A DNA stretch of 64,000 nt, taken from positions 5,580,001-5,644,000 of the forward strand of contig OZ024752.1 of NCBI GenBank assembly GCA_964016885.1, given 5' to 3'. The first letter of the stretch is position 1; each line of letters starts with the position of its first letter. Of the stretch, positions 1-12,359 are shown piece by piece. Position numbers and translations under genes: made by a program. This DNA is from Eledone cirrhosa (taxonomy: Eukaryota). The notes beneath the pieces were generated by a model, which was given only the letters and a program-made list of their open reading frames with translations, did not search any database and was not told the DNA's origin.

Positions 1-3000
1 GGACAGTCTTGGCAGGCCCTGAAGATCTTGTTGTACTGTTCCCTGCAGGACAGTCCTGGCAGACCCTGAAGATCTTACTGTACTGTTCCCTGCAGGACAG
101 TCCTGGCAGACCCTGAAGATCTTACTGTACTGTTCCCTGCAGGACAGTCTTGGCAGACCCTGAAGATCTTGTTGTACTGTTCCCTGCAGGACAGTCTTGG
201 CAGACCCTGAAGATCTTACTGTACTGTTCCCTGCAGGACAGTCTTGGCAGGCCCTGAAGATCTTGTTGTACTGTTCCCTGCAGGACAGTCCTGGCAGACC
301 CTGAAGATCTTACTGTACTGTTCCCTGCAGGACAGTCCTGGCAGACCCTGAATATGTTACTGTACTGTTCCCTGCAGGACAGTCTTGGCAGACCCTGAAG
401 ATCTTGTTGTACTGTTCCCTGCAGGACAGTCTTGGCAGACCCTGAAGATCTTACTGTACTGTTCCCTGCAGGACAGTCTTGGCAGACCCTGAAGTTCTTG
501 TTGTACTGTTCCCTGCAGGACAGTCTTGGCAGGCCCTGAAGATCTTACTGTATTGTTCCCTGCAGGACAGTCTTGGCAGACCCTGAAGATCTTACTGTTC
601 TGTTCCCTGCAGGACAGTCTTGGCAGACCCTGAAGATCTTGTTGTACTGTTCCCTGCAGGACAGTCTCGGCAGACCCTGAAGATCTTGTTGTACTGTTCC
701 CTGCAGGACAGTCTTGGCAGACCCTGAAGATCTTACTGTACTGTTCCCTGCAGGACATTCTTGGCAGACCCTGAAGATCTTACTGTACTGTTCCCTGCAG
801 GACAGTCTTGGCAGGCCCTTAAGATCTTACTGTACTGTTCCCTGCAGGACAGTCTTGGCAGGCCCTGAAGATCCTACTGTACTGTTCCCTGCAGGACAGT
901 CTTGGCAGACCCTGAAGATCTTGTTGTACTGTTCCCTGCAGGACAGTCTTGGCAGGCCCTGAAGATCTTACTGTACTGTTCCCTGCAGGACAGTCTTGGC
1001 AGACCCTGAAGATCTTACTGTACTGTTCCCTGCAGGACAGTTTTGGCAGGCCCTGAACATCCTACTGTACTGTTCCCTGCAGGACAGTCTTGGCAGACCC
1101 TGAAGATCTTGTGGTACTGTTCCCTGCAGGACAGTCTTGGCAGGCCCTGAAGATCTTGTTGCACTGTTCCCTGCAGGACAGTCTTGGCAGACCCTGAAGA
1201 TCTTGTTGTACTGTTCCCTGCAGGACAGTCTTGGCAGACCCTGAAGATCTTGTTGTACTGTTCCCTGCAGGACAGTCTTGGCCGGCCCTGAAGATCTTGT
1301 TGTACTGTTCCCTGCAGGACAGTCTTGGCAGGCCCTGAAGATCTTGTTGTACTGTTCCCTGCAGGACAGTCTTGGCAGACCCTGAAGATCTTACTGTACT
1401 GTTCCCTGCAGGACAGTCTTGGCAGACCCTGAAGATCTTACTGTACTGTTCCCTGCAGGACAGTCCTGGCAGACCCTGAAGATCTTGTTGTACTGTTCCC
1501 TGCAGGACAGTCTTGGCAGACCCTGAAGATCTTACTGTACTGTTCCCTGCAGGACAGTCTTGGCCGGCCCTGAAGATATTGTTGTACTGTTCCCTGCAGG
1601 ACAGTCTTGGCAGGCCCTGAAGATCTTGTTGTACTGTTCCCTGCAGGACAGTCTTGGCAGGCCCTGAAGATCTTACTGTACTGTTCCCTGCAGGACAGTC
1701 TTGGCAGACCCTGAAGATCTTACTGTACTGTTCCCTGCAGGACAGTCCTGGCAGACCCTGAAGATCTTGTTGTACTGTTCCCTGCAGGACAGTCTTGGCA
1801 GACCCTGAAGATCTTACTGTACTGTTTCCTGCAGGACAGTCTTGTCAGACCCTGAAGATCTTACTGTACTGTTCCCTGCAGGACAGTCTTGGCAGGCCCT
1901 GAAGATCCTACTGTACTGTTCCCTGCAGGACAGTCTTGTCAGACCCTGAAGATCTTCTTGTACTGTTCCCTGCAGGACAGTCTTGGCAGACCCTGAAGAT
2001 CTTACTGTACTGTTCCCTGCAGGACAGTCTTGGCAGACCCTGAAGATCTTGTTGTACTGTTCCCTGCAGGACAGTCTTGGCAGGCCCTGAAGATCTTTTT
2101 GTACTGTTCCCTGCAGGACAGTCTTGGCAGACCCTGAAGATCTTACTGTACTGTTCCCTGCAGGACAGTCTTGGCAGACCCTGAAGATCTTACTGTACTG
2201 TTCCCTGCAGGACAGTCCTGGCAGACCCTGAAGATCTTGTTGTACTGTTCCATGCAGGACAGTCTTGGCAGACACTGAAGATCTTACTGTACTGTTCCCT
2301 GCAGGACAGTCTTGGCCGGCCCTGAAGATATTGTTGTACTGTTCCCTGCAGGACAGTCTTGGCAGGCCCTGAAGATCTTGTTGTACTGTTCCCTGCAGGA
2401 CAGTCTTGGCAGGCCCTGAAGATCTTACTGTACTGTTCCCTGCAGGACAGTCTTGGCAGACCCTGAAGATCTTACTGTACTATTCCCTGCAGGACAGTCC
2501 TGGCAGACCCTGAAGATCTTACTGTACTGTTCCCTGCAGGACAGTCTTGGCAGACCCTGAAGATCTTACTGTACTGTTCCCTGCAGGACAGTCTTGGCAG
2601 ACCCTGAAGATCTTACTGTACTGTTCCCTGCAGGACAGTCCTGGCAGACCCTGAAGATCTTGTTGTACTGTTCCCTGCAGGACAGTCTTGGCAGACCCTG
2701 AAGATCTTACTGTACTGTTCCCTGAAGGACAGTCTTGGCCGGCCCTGAAGATATTGTTGTACTGTTCCCTGCAGGACAGTCTTGGCAGACCCTGAAGATC
2801 TTGTTGTATTGTTCCCTGCAGGACAGTCTTGGCCGGCCCTGAAGATCTTGTTGTACTGTTCCCTGCAGGACAGTCTTGGCAGGCCCTGAAGATCTTGTTG
2901 TACTGTTCCCTGCAGGACAGTCTTGGCAGGCCCTGAATATCTTACTGTACTGTTCCCTGCAGGACAGTCTTGGCAGACCCTGAAGATCTTACTGTACTGT

Positions 3001-6000
3001 TCCCTGCAGGACAGTCTTGGCAGACCCTGAAGATCTTACTGTACTGTTCCCTGCAGGACAGTCCTGGCAGACCCTGAAGATCTTGTTGTACTGTTCCCTG
3101 CAGGACAGTCTTGGCAGACCCTGAAGATCTTACTGTACTGTTCCCTGAAGGACAGTCTTGGCCGGCCCTGAAGATATTGTTGTACTGTTCCCTGCAGGAC
3201 AGTCTTGGCAGACCCTGAAGATCTTGTTGTACTGTTCCCTGCAGGACAGTCTTGGCCGGCCCTGAAGATCTTGTTGTACTGTTCCCTGCAGGACAGTCTT
3301 GGCAGACCCTGAAGATCTTGTTGTACTGTTCCCTGCAGGACAGTCTTGGCAGGCCCTGAATATCTTACTGTACTGTTCCCTGCAGGACAGTCTTGGCAGA
3401 CCCTGAAGATCTTACTGTACTGTTCCCTGCAGGACAGTCCTGGCAGACCCTGAAGATCTTGTTGTACTGTTCCCTGCAGGACAGTCTTGGCAGACCCTGA
3501 AGATCTTACTGTACTGTTCCCTGCAGGACAGTCTTGGCCGGCCCTGAAGATATTGTTGTACTGTTCCCTGCAGGACAGTCTTGGCAGGCCCTGAAGATCT
3601 TGTTGTACTGTTCCCTGCAGGACAGTCTTGGCAGACCCTGAAGATCTTACTGTACTGTTCCCTGCAGGACAGTCTTGGCAGACCCTGAAGATCTTGTGTA
3701 CTGTTCCCTGCAGGACAGTCTTGGCAGTCCCTGAAGATCTTGTTGTACTGTTCCCTGCAGGACAGTCTTGGCAGGCCCTAAAGATCCTACTGTAATGTTC
3801 CCTGCAGGACAGTCTTGGCAGACCCTGAAGATCTTACTGTACTGTTCCCTGCAGGACAGTCTTGGCAGACCCTGAAGATCTTACTGTACTGTTCCCTGCA
3901 GGACAGTCTTGGCAGACCCTGAAGATCTTACTGTACTGTTCCCTGCAGGACAGTCTTGGCAGGCCCTGAACATCCTACTGTACTGTTCCCTGCAGGACAG
4001 TCTTGGCAGACCCTGAAGATCTTGTTGTACTGTTCCCTGCAGGACAGTCTTGGCAGGTCCTGAAGATCTTGTTGTACTGTTCCCTGCAGGACAGTCTTGG
4101 CAGGCCCTGAAGATCTTACTGTACTGTTCCCTGCAGGACAGTCTTGGCAGACCCTGAAGATCTTACTGTACTGTTCCCTGCAGGACAGTCTTGGCAGGCT
4201 CTGAACATCCTACTGTACTGTTCCCTGCAGGACAGTCTTGGCAGACCCTGAAGATCTTGTTGTACTGTTCCCTGCAGGACAGTCTTGGCAGACCCTGAAG
4301 ATCTTGTTGTACTGTTCCCTGCAGGACAGTCTTGGCAGGCCCTGAAGATCTTACTGTACTGTTCCCTGCAGGACAGTCTTGGCAGACCCTGAAGATCTTA
4401 CTGTACTGTTCCCTGCAGGACAATCTTGGCAGACCCTGAAGATCTTGTTGTACTGTTCCCTGCAGGACAGTCTTGGCAGACCCTGAAGATCTTACTGTAC
4501 TGTTCCCTGCAGGACAGTCTTGGCAGACCCTGAAGATCTTGTTGTACTGTTCCCTGCAGGACAGTCTTGGCAGGCCCTGAAGATCTTGTTGTACTGTTCC
4601 CTGCAGGACAGTCTTGGCAGACCCTGAAGATCTTGTTGTACTGTTCCCTGCAGGACAGTCTTGGCAGGCCCTGAAGATCTTACTGTACTGTTCCCTGCAG
4701 GACAGTCTTGGCAGACCCTGAAGATCTTGTTGTACTGTTCCCTGCAGGACAGTCTCGGCAGACCCTGAAGATCTTGTTGTACTGTTCCCTGCAGGACAGT
4801 CTTGGCAGACCCTGAAGATCTTGTTGTACTGTTCCCTGCAGGACAGTCTTGGCAGACCCTGAAGATCTTGTTGTACTGTTCCCTGCAGGACAGTCTTGGC
4901 AGACCCTGAAGATCTTACTGTACTGTTACCTGCAGGACAGTCTTGGCAGACCCTGAAGATCTTGTTGTACTGTTCCCTGCAGGACAGTCTTGGCAGGCCC
5001 TGAAGAACTTACTGTACTGTTCCCTTCAGGACAGTCCTGGCAGGCCCTGAAGATCTTGTTGTACTGTTCCCTGCAGGACAGTCTTGGCAGACCCTGAAGA
5101 TCTTGTTGTACTGTTCCCTGCAGGACAGTCTTGGCAGGCCCTGAAGATCTCGTTGTACTGTTCCCTGCAGGACAGTCTTGGCAGACCCTGAAGATCTTGT
5201 TGTACTGTTCCCTGCAGGACAGTCTTGGCAGACCCTGAAGATCTTGTTGTACTGTTCCCTGCAGGACAGTCTTGGCAGACCCTAAAGATCTTGTTGTACT
5301 GTTCCCTGCAGGACAGTCTTGGCAGACCCTGAAGATCTTACTGTACTGTTCCCTGCAGGACAGTCTTGGCAGACCCTGAAGATCTTACTGTACTGTTCCC
5401 TGCAGGACAGTCTTGGCAGGCACTGAAGATCTTGTTGTACTGTTCCCTGCAGGACAGTCTTGGCAGGCCCTGAAGATCTTGTTGTACTGTTCCCTGCAGG
5501 ACAGTCCTGGCAGACCCTGAAGATCTTCCTGTACTGTTCCCTGCAGGACAGTCTTGGCAGACCCTGAAGATCTTACTGTACTGTTCCCTGCAGGACAGTC
5601 TTGGCAGGCCCTGAAGATCTTGTTGTACTGTTCCCTGCAGGACAGTCCTGGCAGACCCTGAAGATCTTACTGTACTGTTCCCTGCAGGACAGTCCTGGCA
5701 GACCCTGAAGATCTTACTGTACTGTTCCCTGCAGGACAGTCTTGGCAGACCCTGAAGATCTTGTTGTACTGTTCCCTGCAGGACAGTCTTGGCAGACCCT
5801 GAAGATCTTACTGTACTGTTCCCTGCAGGACAGTCTTGGCAGGCCCTGAAGATCTTGTTGTACTGTTCCCTGCAGGACAGTCCTGGCAGACCCTGAAGAT
5901 CTTACTGTACTGTTCCCTGCAGGACAGTCCTGGCAGACCCTGAATATGTTACTGTACTGTTCCCTGCAGGACAGTCTTGGCAGACCCTGAAGATCTTGTT

Positions 6001-6375
6001 GTACTGTTCCCTGCAGGACAGTCTTGGCAGACCCTGAAGATCTTACTGTACTGTTCCCTGCAGGACAGTCTTGGCAGACCCTGAAGTTCTTGTTGTACTG
6101 TTCCCTGCAGGACAGTCTTGGCAGGCCCTGAAGATCTTACTGTATTGTTCCCTGCAGGACAGTCTTGGCAGACCCTGAAGATCTTACTGTTCTGTTCCCT
6201 GCAGGACAGTCTTGGCAGACCCTGAAGATCTTGTTGTACTGTTCCCTGCAGGACAGTCTCGGCAGACCCTGAAGATCTTGTTGTACTGTTCCCTGCAGGA
6301 CAGTCTTGGCAGACCCTGAAGATCTTGTTGTACTGTTCCCTGCAGGACAGTCTTGGCAGGCCCTGAAGATCTTGT
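1..6375. repeat. 47-bp minisatellite/satellite, about 135 copies, running off the left edge (in a BBS2 intron)
   Basis: Unit GGACAGTCTTGGCAG(A/G)CCCTGAAGATCTT(AC/GT)TGTACTGTTCCCTGCA repeated head-to-tail. The unit carries CCTGCAGG and AGATCT. Confidence 0.99.
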
Positions 6376-6955
6376 CACGTGCCCGTACCATCCCAATTTG
6401 CGTTATTTTACAATGGTCAGTAGGTCTTCATAGGACCCAATGGCTTGCCAAATTCTGTTTCACACCTCCTTATTGGAGATGTGGTCTTTGTAGGTGATAC
6501 CAAGGAGCTTTCTGAAGCATCTCCATAGACTGTATTCTTCTCTCCAGATCTGTTATTGTCCAAGAATCACAGGCATACAAGAATATGGATATGATTAGAG
6601 AGAACATCAGTCTGATCTTTGAACTGATGTCTATATTTGTGTCATTCCAGATAGTCTTAAGTTTTGTAAGATCTGCTGTGGTCTGGGCAGATCTGAGGAG
6701 TACTTCAAGTTTAGATCCTTCATCTGAAATGATTGCTCCCAAGTATTTGAAACTGTTGACACACTCTAGCTTCTCGCCGTTGACCCTGATGTCAGTGATG
6801 ATGCCATTGGTGTTGTTGGTCATCACTTTGGTCTTTTCTGCACTGATCTGCATGCTGTAGGTGGTAGAAGTCTTGTCAAGACATTCCACTAGGTTGGCTA
6901 GCTCCTCCTCCTTCCCTGCTAAATCATCTATGTTGTTGGCAAAATGCAAGTTCAT
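6376..6955 (-). mobile_element. Degenerate RTE-clade LINE fragment (RT C-terminal part)
   Basis: Translation gives NLHFANNIDDLAG (decayed FADD motif), ISAEKTKVM, FKYLGAII and IFLYACDSWT. After a frameshift it reads KLGWYGHVTRSSG and runs directly into the 47-bp array. Confidence 0.9.
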
Positions 6956-7267
6956 AACTTAAGTAGTTAAATAAGAACAAATTTTTGGGACCTCAGAAAT
7001 GAAATACTACTTAATCATAGGCATATAATAATAATACTGTATTTCAAAGCTATCCCACCCACAGCATATGTTATGGTGATGACAGTGGATATAAGGTGAT
7101 AAAGATGTCAAACTATCTGTATACTGTATTTATGTCAGAAAATCTGTTTTGTTTCCGTATGTCTTTTTGGTATTATGTGTATTAAAGTCTTAGAAAATAA
7201 ACCTTCTAGTTATATTGTAATTTATCATACTGAATTCTTCCATATTCTGTATGTAATAATATTTCAG

Positions 7268-7363
7268 AATTTACTGATGGAACTGAAAAACTATCAAGAT
7301 AATATAATACAACCTAGCAAGAGCAGTACTGAAGAACAGGATATAAGAGAATGTATTATACCT
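7268..7363 (+). CDS. BBS2: BBS2 (Bardet-Biedl syndrome 2, BBSome subunit) internal exon; first exon visible in window
   Basis: tttcag|AAT...CCT|gtaagt, 96 bp, NLLMELKNYQDNIIQPSKSSTEEQDIRECIIP. Resembles vertebrate BBS2 NLLLELRNYEEN...GIIP (recalled). Confidence 0.9.
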
Positions 7364-7985
7364 GTAAGTCTTTTTTTTAATGAAGAATTTCTGATGAGTT
7401 GTATTTTTACTGTGAATCTGACAGACAGCAGAGCCATATTACCACATGAGCAGGACACTTTCAGATATATTGGGCTCCACTCTAGCACTGCAATCTTTCA
7501 CCCCACCACAGTCAAAACATTGGCAGGACCCCTTGGCCTACACATATTTATGAATAATATAATCTTGATTGATGTGGTTAATTTATCCATTATCAACTCA
7601 ATTCTGAGTTATCTTAAGTGGTATTTTGAAATAGAGGATGAGTTGCTGCAGTTAAAAGAGAGTGGTGGATGTAGTGTTGGTGGTGGTACATCAGGTGTGG
7701 TGGTGGTAGTGGTGGCAGTGGAGGAGGTGTTGCTGACAGTGGTGGTGTTAGCATCAGGTGTAGTGGTGGTAGTGATAGAGGTGATTTTACAACAGGGATG
7801 GTGTGTGTCAGTGGCTTGAGTTGACTTTGTTGATGTCAGAAAATAGCTTTGACAGTTCAGTGATAAAATATGTCAACTAAAACTTTTGAAAATCGGAGCC
7901 CAGCATGATTGCAGTCCAAAAGTTATTATTAGAATTTGTTGGCTGTTGTCACTAATGAATACCACATTATGTCTGCTGCCATCTG

Positions 7986-8390
7986 GTAAACTCTGTAAAG
8001 TGGTAGTGCTGGTGCCACAATAAATACACCCAGTAAACTCTGTAAAGTGGTAGTGCTGGTGCCACAATAAATACACCTAGTAAACTCTGTAAAGTGGTAG
8101 TGCTGGTGCTACAATAAATACACCCAGTAAACTCTGTAAAGTGGTAGTGCTGGTGCCACAATAAATACACCCAGTAAACTCTGTAAAGTGGTAGTGCTGG
8201 TGCCACAATAAATACACCTAGTAAACTCTGTAAAGTGGTAGTGCTGGTGCTACAATAAATACACCCAGTACACTCTGTAAAGTGGTAGTGCTGGTGCTAC
8301 AATAAATACACCCCTACACTCTGTAACGTGGTAGTGCTGGTACCACAATAAATGTACCCAGTACACTCTGTAAAATGGTAGTGCTGGTGG
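7986..8390. repeat. 47-bp minisatellite, about 8.5 copies
   Basis: Unit GTAAACTCTGTAAAGTGGTAGTGCTGGTGCCACAATAAATACACCCA; period 7986->8033. Confidence 0.97.
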
Positions 8391-8490
8391 TGGTGGTGAT
8401 GTTGATTTTATAAATGTTTTTAAAATGCGTTCAAGAAAAACCAAATGTTTTATCAGAAAAGATATTTAATAAAATGTAATTTAATTGCAG

Positions 8491-8547
8491 GCCAATACTA
8501 ATGTTAACACAAGGATTATAATGAAACCTGCGTCAGAGGAATCTGGA
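8491..8547 (+). CDS. BBS2: BBS2 exon
   Basis: ttgcag|GCC...GGA|gtaagt, 57 bp, ANTNVNTRIIMKPASEESG. Phase 0 on both sides; continues IIP-ANT. Confidence 0.85.
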
Positions 8548-8782
8548 GTAAGTGTCAACTTCTTTATTTCTTTATTTTACATTTATTTTTGGAGGGGAAG
8601 AAGAGGAGGACTGAAGCCAAATTATTTTCTCTCCTCTGTAAACTATAAACATATTAACTTTTTATTGGTTTATCAATAATAACTGCAGTGGAAGGAGGGA
8701 GATATATTTTGTTGTAGTTGTTGTTACAACAACAACTGCAGTGTTTTCATGACTTTTAATAAAGGAGAAATTATTGAATTTT

Positions 8783-8990
8783 TCTTCTCCTCCTCCTCCC
8801 ACTTATTCCTGAGAGGGTTGTGGGGGCAGAGTCCTCAAACACTCCTTGCAGTAAGCCTTGTCAGAAGCAACTGTCTTCTCTTGGCAATACTCTCACAATA
8901 TCTTGAAGATCTGCCTCAGTGTGAATATTTGGTTGGCTGTGCTGCATCCAGAGCGAAAACCACACTGTTCATCAACTAGTTTGAAATCAA
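8783..8990 (-). mobile_element. LINE 3' end fragment (same family as 44060-44302)
   Basis: cccacttattcctgagagggttgtgggggcagagtcctcaaacactcc is the reverse complement of about 44245-44292. Confidence 0.65.
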
Positions 8991-9299
8991 TAATCTCCCT
9001 ATAACTCTTGTCAGAGAATCAGCATAGACTTAACAAGGAACTCCCTCTGTAATTGAAATAATCTCTCTTATCACCCTTTTTGAAAATTATCAAATTCAAT
9101 TAGTTTATATTGGTTGAACCTTTCATTACCATATTTCTAATAAAATACGCTGTATTTAAAATGAAGAATTTGGGAGAATGTACTAAAATTATGCTGATTT
9201 TAATTAAAATAGGAATGCTTTGTTCTATTGGACTAGACACAGTTTTGGGCGGGTTGATACCAAAAGGGTTAAACTTTCCATTTGCAGATCCCTGTTATT

Positions 9300-10185
9300 G
9301 TAGAGGAACTGATGTGAAGGGTAGATTGTAGAGAAACTGATATGAAGGGTAGAGTGTAGAGAGACTGTGATGTGAATGGTAGATTGTAAAGGGACTGATG
9401 TGAATGGTAGATTGTAGAGGGACTGATGTGAATGGTAGATTGTAGAGGGACTGATGTGAATGGTAGATTGTAGAGGGACTGATGTGAATGGTAGATTGTA
9501 GAGGGACTGATGTGAATGGTAGATTGTAAAGGGACTGATGTGAATGGTAGATTGTAGAGAGACTGTGATGTGAATGGTAGATTGTAGAGGGACTGATGTG
9601 AAGGGGAGATTGTAGAGAGACTGTGATGTGAATGGTAGATTGTAGAGGGACTGATGTGAATGGTAGATTGTAGAGGGACTGATGTGAAGGGGAGATTGTA
9701 GAGAGACTGTGATGTGAATGGTAGATTGTAGAGGGACTGATGTGAATGGTAGATTGTAGAGGGACTGATGTGAATGGTAGATTGTAAAGGGACTGATGTG
9801 AATGGTAGATTGTAAAGGGACTGATGTGAATGGTAGATTGTAAAGGGACTGATGTGAATGGTAGATTGTAGAGGGACTGATGTGAATGGTAGATTGTAGA
9901 GGGACTGATGTGAATGGTAGATTGTAGAGGGACTGATGTGAATGGTAGATTGTAAAGGGACTGATGTGAATGGTAGATTGTAAAGGGACTGATGTGAATG
10001 GTAGATTGTAGAGAGACTGTGATGTGAATGGTAGATTGTAGAGGGACTGATGTGAAGGGGAGATTGTAGAGGGACTGATGTGAAGGGTAGATTGTAGAGG
10101 GACTGATGTGAATGATAGATTGTAGAGAAACTGTGATGTGAATGGTAGATTGTAGAGAAACTGTGATGTGAATGGTAGATTGTAA
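9300..10185. repeat. 28/30-bp minisatellite, about 31 copies
   Basis: Unit GGGACTGATGTGAATGGTAGATTGTAGA, with a 30-bp variant GAGACTGTGATGTGAATGGTAGATTGTAGA. Confidence 0.97.
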
Positions 10186-10434
10186 TAAGATATGAGTATT
10201 GAATGCTAAGGGTGTGCAAAAACTTGAAATAAATAAATCAAACATTGATATGTTTTAATATTAGTGTGGCTAAATGATAGGACAGATGAGTTGAAGTAAA
10301 AATGAGGTCTAAGAGAAATGAGATGTAGTTGGCAAGAAAGATTAACATAGAAGGAACCCAATTAAATTATTTAGAATTTTAATTAATTTCTCTCCATTAA
10401 TCTTTTTTATGTTTATTTATTTTTCCCTTTCCAG

Positions 10435-10468
10435 GCTCAGATTACCTTAATCATAAATACTAACAATG
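10435..10468 (+). CDS. BBS2: BBS2 34-bp micro-exon
   Basis: Long pyrimidine tract, then ccag|GCT...AATG|gtaaga; AQITLIINTNN plus phase 1. Completes the D codon with the next exon. Confidence 0.85.
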
Positions 10469-10599
10469 GTAAGATTATATCACCTTTTTCTTGTTTCACT
10501 TTTACTATTTCTTTATAAGGAAAGGAACCAATTGTCAAATCAAACCAAGTTAACTATGCTTCCATTTGATTTTGTTAATACCATCTTCAAGTCGCAACT

Positions 10600-10752
10600 G
10601 TGAACTTCCGCACAGTTTCTGTCTACAAAATTTTACTTTGAAGATATTAGTCAACCTGAGGCTATAGTAGAAGATACTTGCCTCAGTGTCACAGAACAGA
10701 ACTGAACCCCAAAACATCTGGTTGTGTAACAAACTCCTTAATCACACAGCCT
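10600..10752 (-). mobile_element. tRNA-derived SINE remnant
   Basis: Minus strand reads GGCTGTGTGATTAAG...GGGTTCAGTTC...GGCAAGTATCTTCTACTATAGCCTC. A related copy lies at about 13245-13345 (+). Confidence 0.6.
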
Positions 10753-10820
10753 AGAGAGAAATAAAAACAAAATGTTGAATTAATATGAACTGATTGAAAT
10801 ATGAATATTTCTCTCTTTAG

Positions 10821-10884
10821 ACACTCTCATCCGAGCTGCACTTGTATTTGCTGAAGGAATATTTGATGGTGAAAGTCATGTGAT
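10821..10884 (+). CDS. BBS2: BBS2 exon
   Basis: ctttag|AC...GTGAT|gtaagt, 64 bp, DTLIRAALVFAEGIFDGESHV (BBS2 signature FAEGIF.GESHV). Confidence 0.95.
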
Positions 10885-10898
10885 GTAAGTGAAAACCT

Positions 10899-11170
10899 TC
10901 ATCATCATTATCAGTTTTACGTCCACTTTTCCACGCTTGCATAGGTTAGACATGTCTTTTTCAGCACAGCATCTCTCCACTTGTCGTGTTTTTTGTCATC
11001 TCTGTGAGTCTGTGATTTCAGATCAGCTCTCACCACCTCTGCCCAGGTTTTTCTTGGTCTTCCTCTACTGCAGCTTCCTTCCACTGGGATCTGATGGCTC
11101 CTCTTCACCCAGTGACTCTCACTTATGCACATCACAAGTCCATACCAATGCAGTCTTCTCTATTGCACAC
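10899..11170 (-). mobile_element. RTE LINE 3' end with (GAT)n tail
   Basis: Reads VEGSCSRGRPRKTWAEVVRADL, followed by the tail CCTATGCAAGCGTGGAAAAGTGGACGTAAAAC-(GAT)n. Confidence 0.8.
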
Positions 11171-11834
11171 CACTTCAAATTCTTCTTAAACCCAATTTCT
11201 CCCTCAGTTCATCCGGGCTCTGCCTTTTTCTCATTGGAAGTAACTTGTTATAGCAAAGACACTGGTTATTTTCATTGTTTTCACACATCTCAGATTCCCT
11301 AGAATATCTTTACACTAGATTGTTTGGCTCACTTACCCAGAGTATATTTAACCCATTTGTTATCAGAGACATGGCAACCTTTTTAGTGCTGGTGGCCACA
11401 AAAATGAATTTGGGTCATTCTGTAGAAGGAAAGATAGAGGGAACATGTAAATGACATGTGGCCCTTCAGCCCATCTGAGAGGTCAGTAGCTCCAATTAAG
11501 TATTGTCTTGGAATGTGACAACCTGTTCAACCCTTATTAGTACAGAGAATGAATGTTAAATGATGATGATGATGATGATTTCAATTGAAATCAATTTTAG
11601 ATAAGATTCAAAGCCCCAAACCCACATTCAGTAAGTTAATTCATGTTCCATGTATTTTTGTTTATAATAAATGTTGCAGCTCCGAAAGTCTCAATCATTT
11701 TAAATTACAAATATCTCTTCTGTTGATTTAAGGAAACAAAAGACCATACCTACTATGATAGTTTCTTTCTTTTTTAATTGTCATTTTTTGCTGTTGTTTT
11801 AATTGTATTACTATAAAAAAATATTTATTTGTAG

Positions 11835-11942
11835 CCACCCATGTAATGATGAATTGACCTCTGAGGTCAGCATGCCCTTAATTCTACCAAAAGATACACC
11901 AGTTGATCTCCACTTAAAAGTCTTTGTTGGTTATAAAAACAA
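11835..11942 (+). CDS. BBS2: BBS2 exon
   Basis: ttgtag|C...AA|gtaagt, 108 bp, HPCNDELTSEVSMPLILPKDTPVDLHLKVFVGYKN (PKD.PVDLHLK.FVGY motif). Confidence 0.95.
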
Positions 11943-12359
11943 GTAAGTATTCGATACATAACAGAATCATTATAAATGGTCATTAGGATGTGTGACACAG
12001 ATGTACTATGACACAGGTGTACTGTGACACCAGCGTATTGTGACTGTGACACAGACATACTGAGTCTGAACTTGCAATTGCCTAATTTAATTTCTAATTG
12101 TATAGTTTGATTTTGAATGACAGAAGTTGTGGAGGTCATGGATGGTCCCATCCAATGCCGTAAAGACTCAATCCACTACATCAGACATTTATAGTAATGA
12201 AGTGCGAGGGCTTACTACCATACATTTATTACAAAAGGTTAAACAATAACTCTTCCATGATGAAATTGTTTTAATTTTAACAGATGTCCTTCATGTCACT
12301 TGGCAGACAAGGGTAACTTTGAAATTGTGAAAGGTTCATCCTGCTACAGAAACATTTAA

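Noticed and set aside
1-6375. CRISPR-like array or repeat-protein gene (ORFs such as MSCREQYSKIFRVCQDCPAGN...)
   Set aside because: Units are contiguous with no unique spacers and no cas genes. The 47-bp period is not a multiple of 3, so the ORFs are by-products of a LINE-derived repeat.
7175-7819. 214-aa ORF as a standalone gene
   Set aside because: Only 7268-7363 matches BBS2 and is bounded by splice sites; the rest is intron and (GGT)n low-complexity sequence.
9269-10245. Two 316-aa His/Ser-rich ORFs
   Set aside because: Translations of the 28/30-bp minisatellite.
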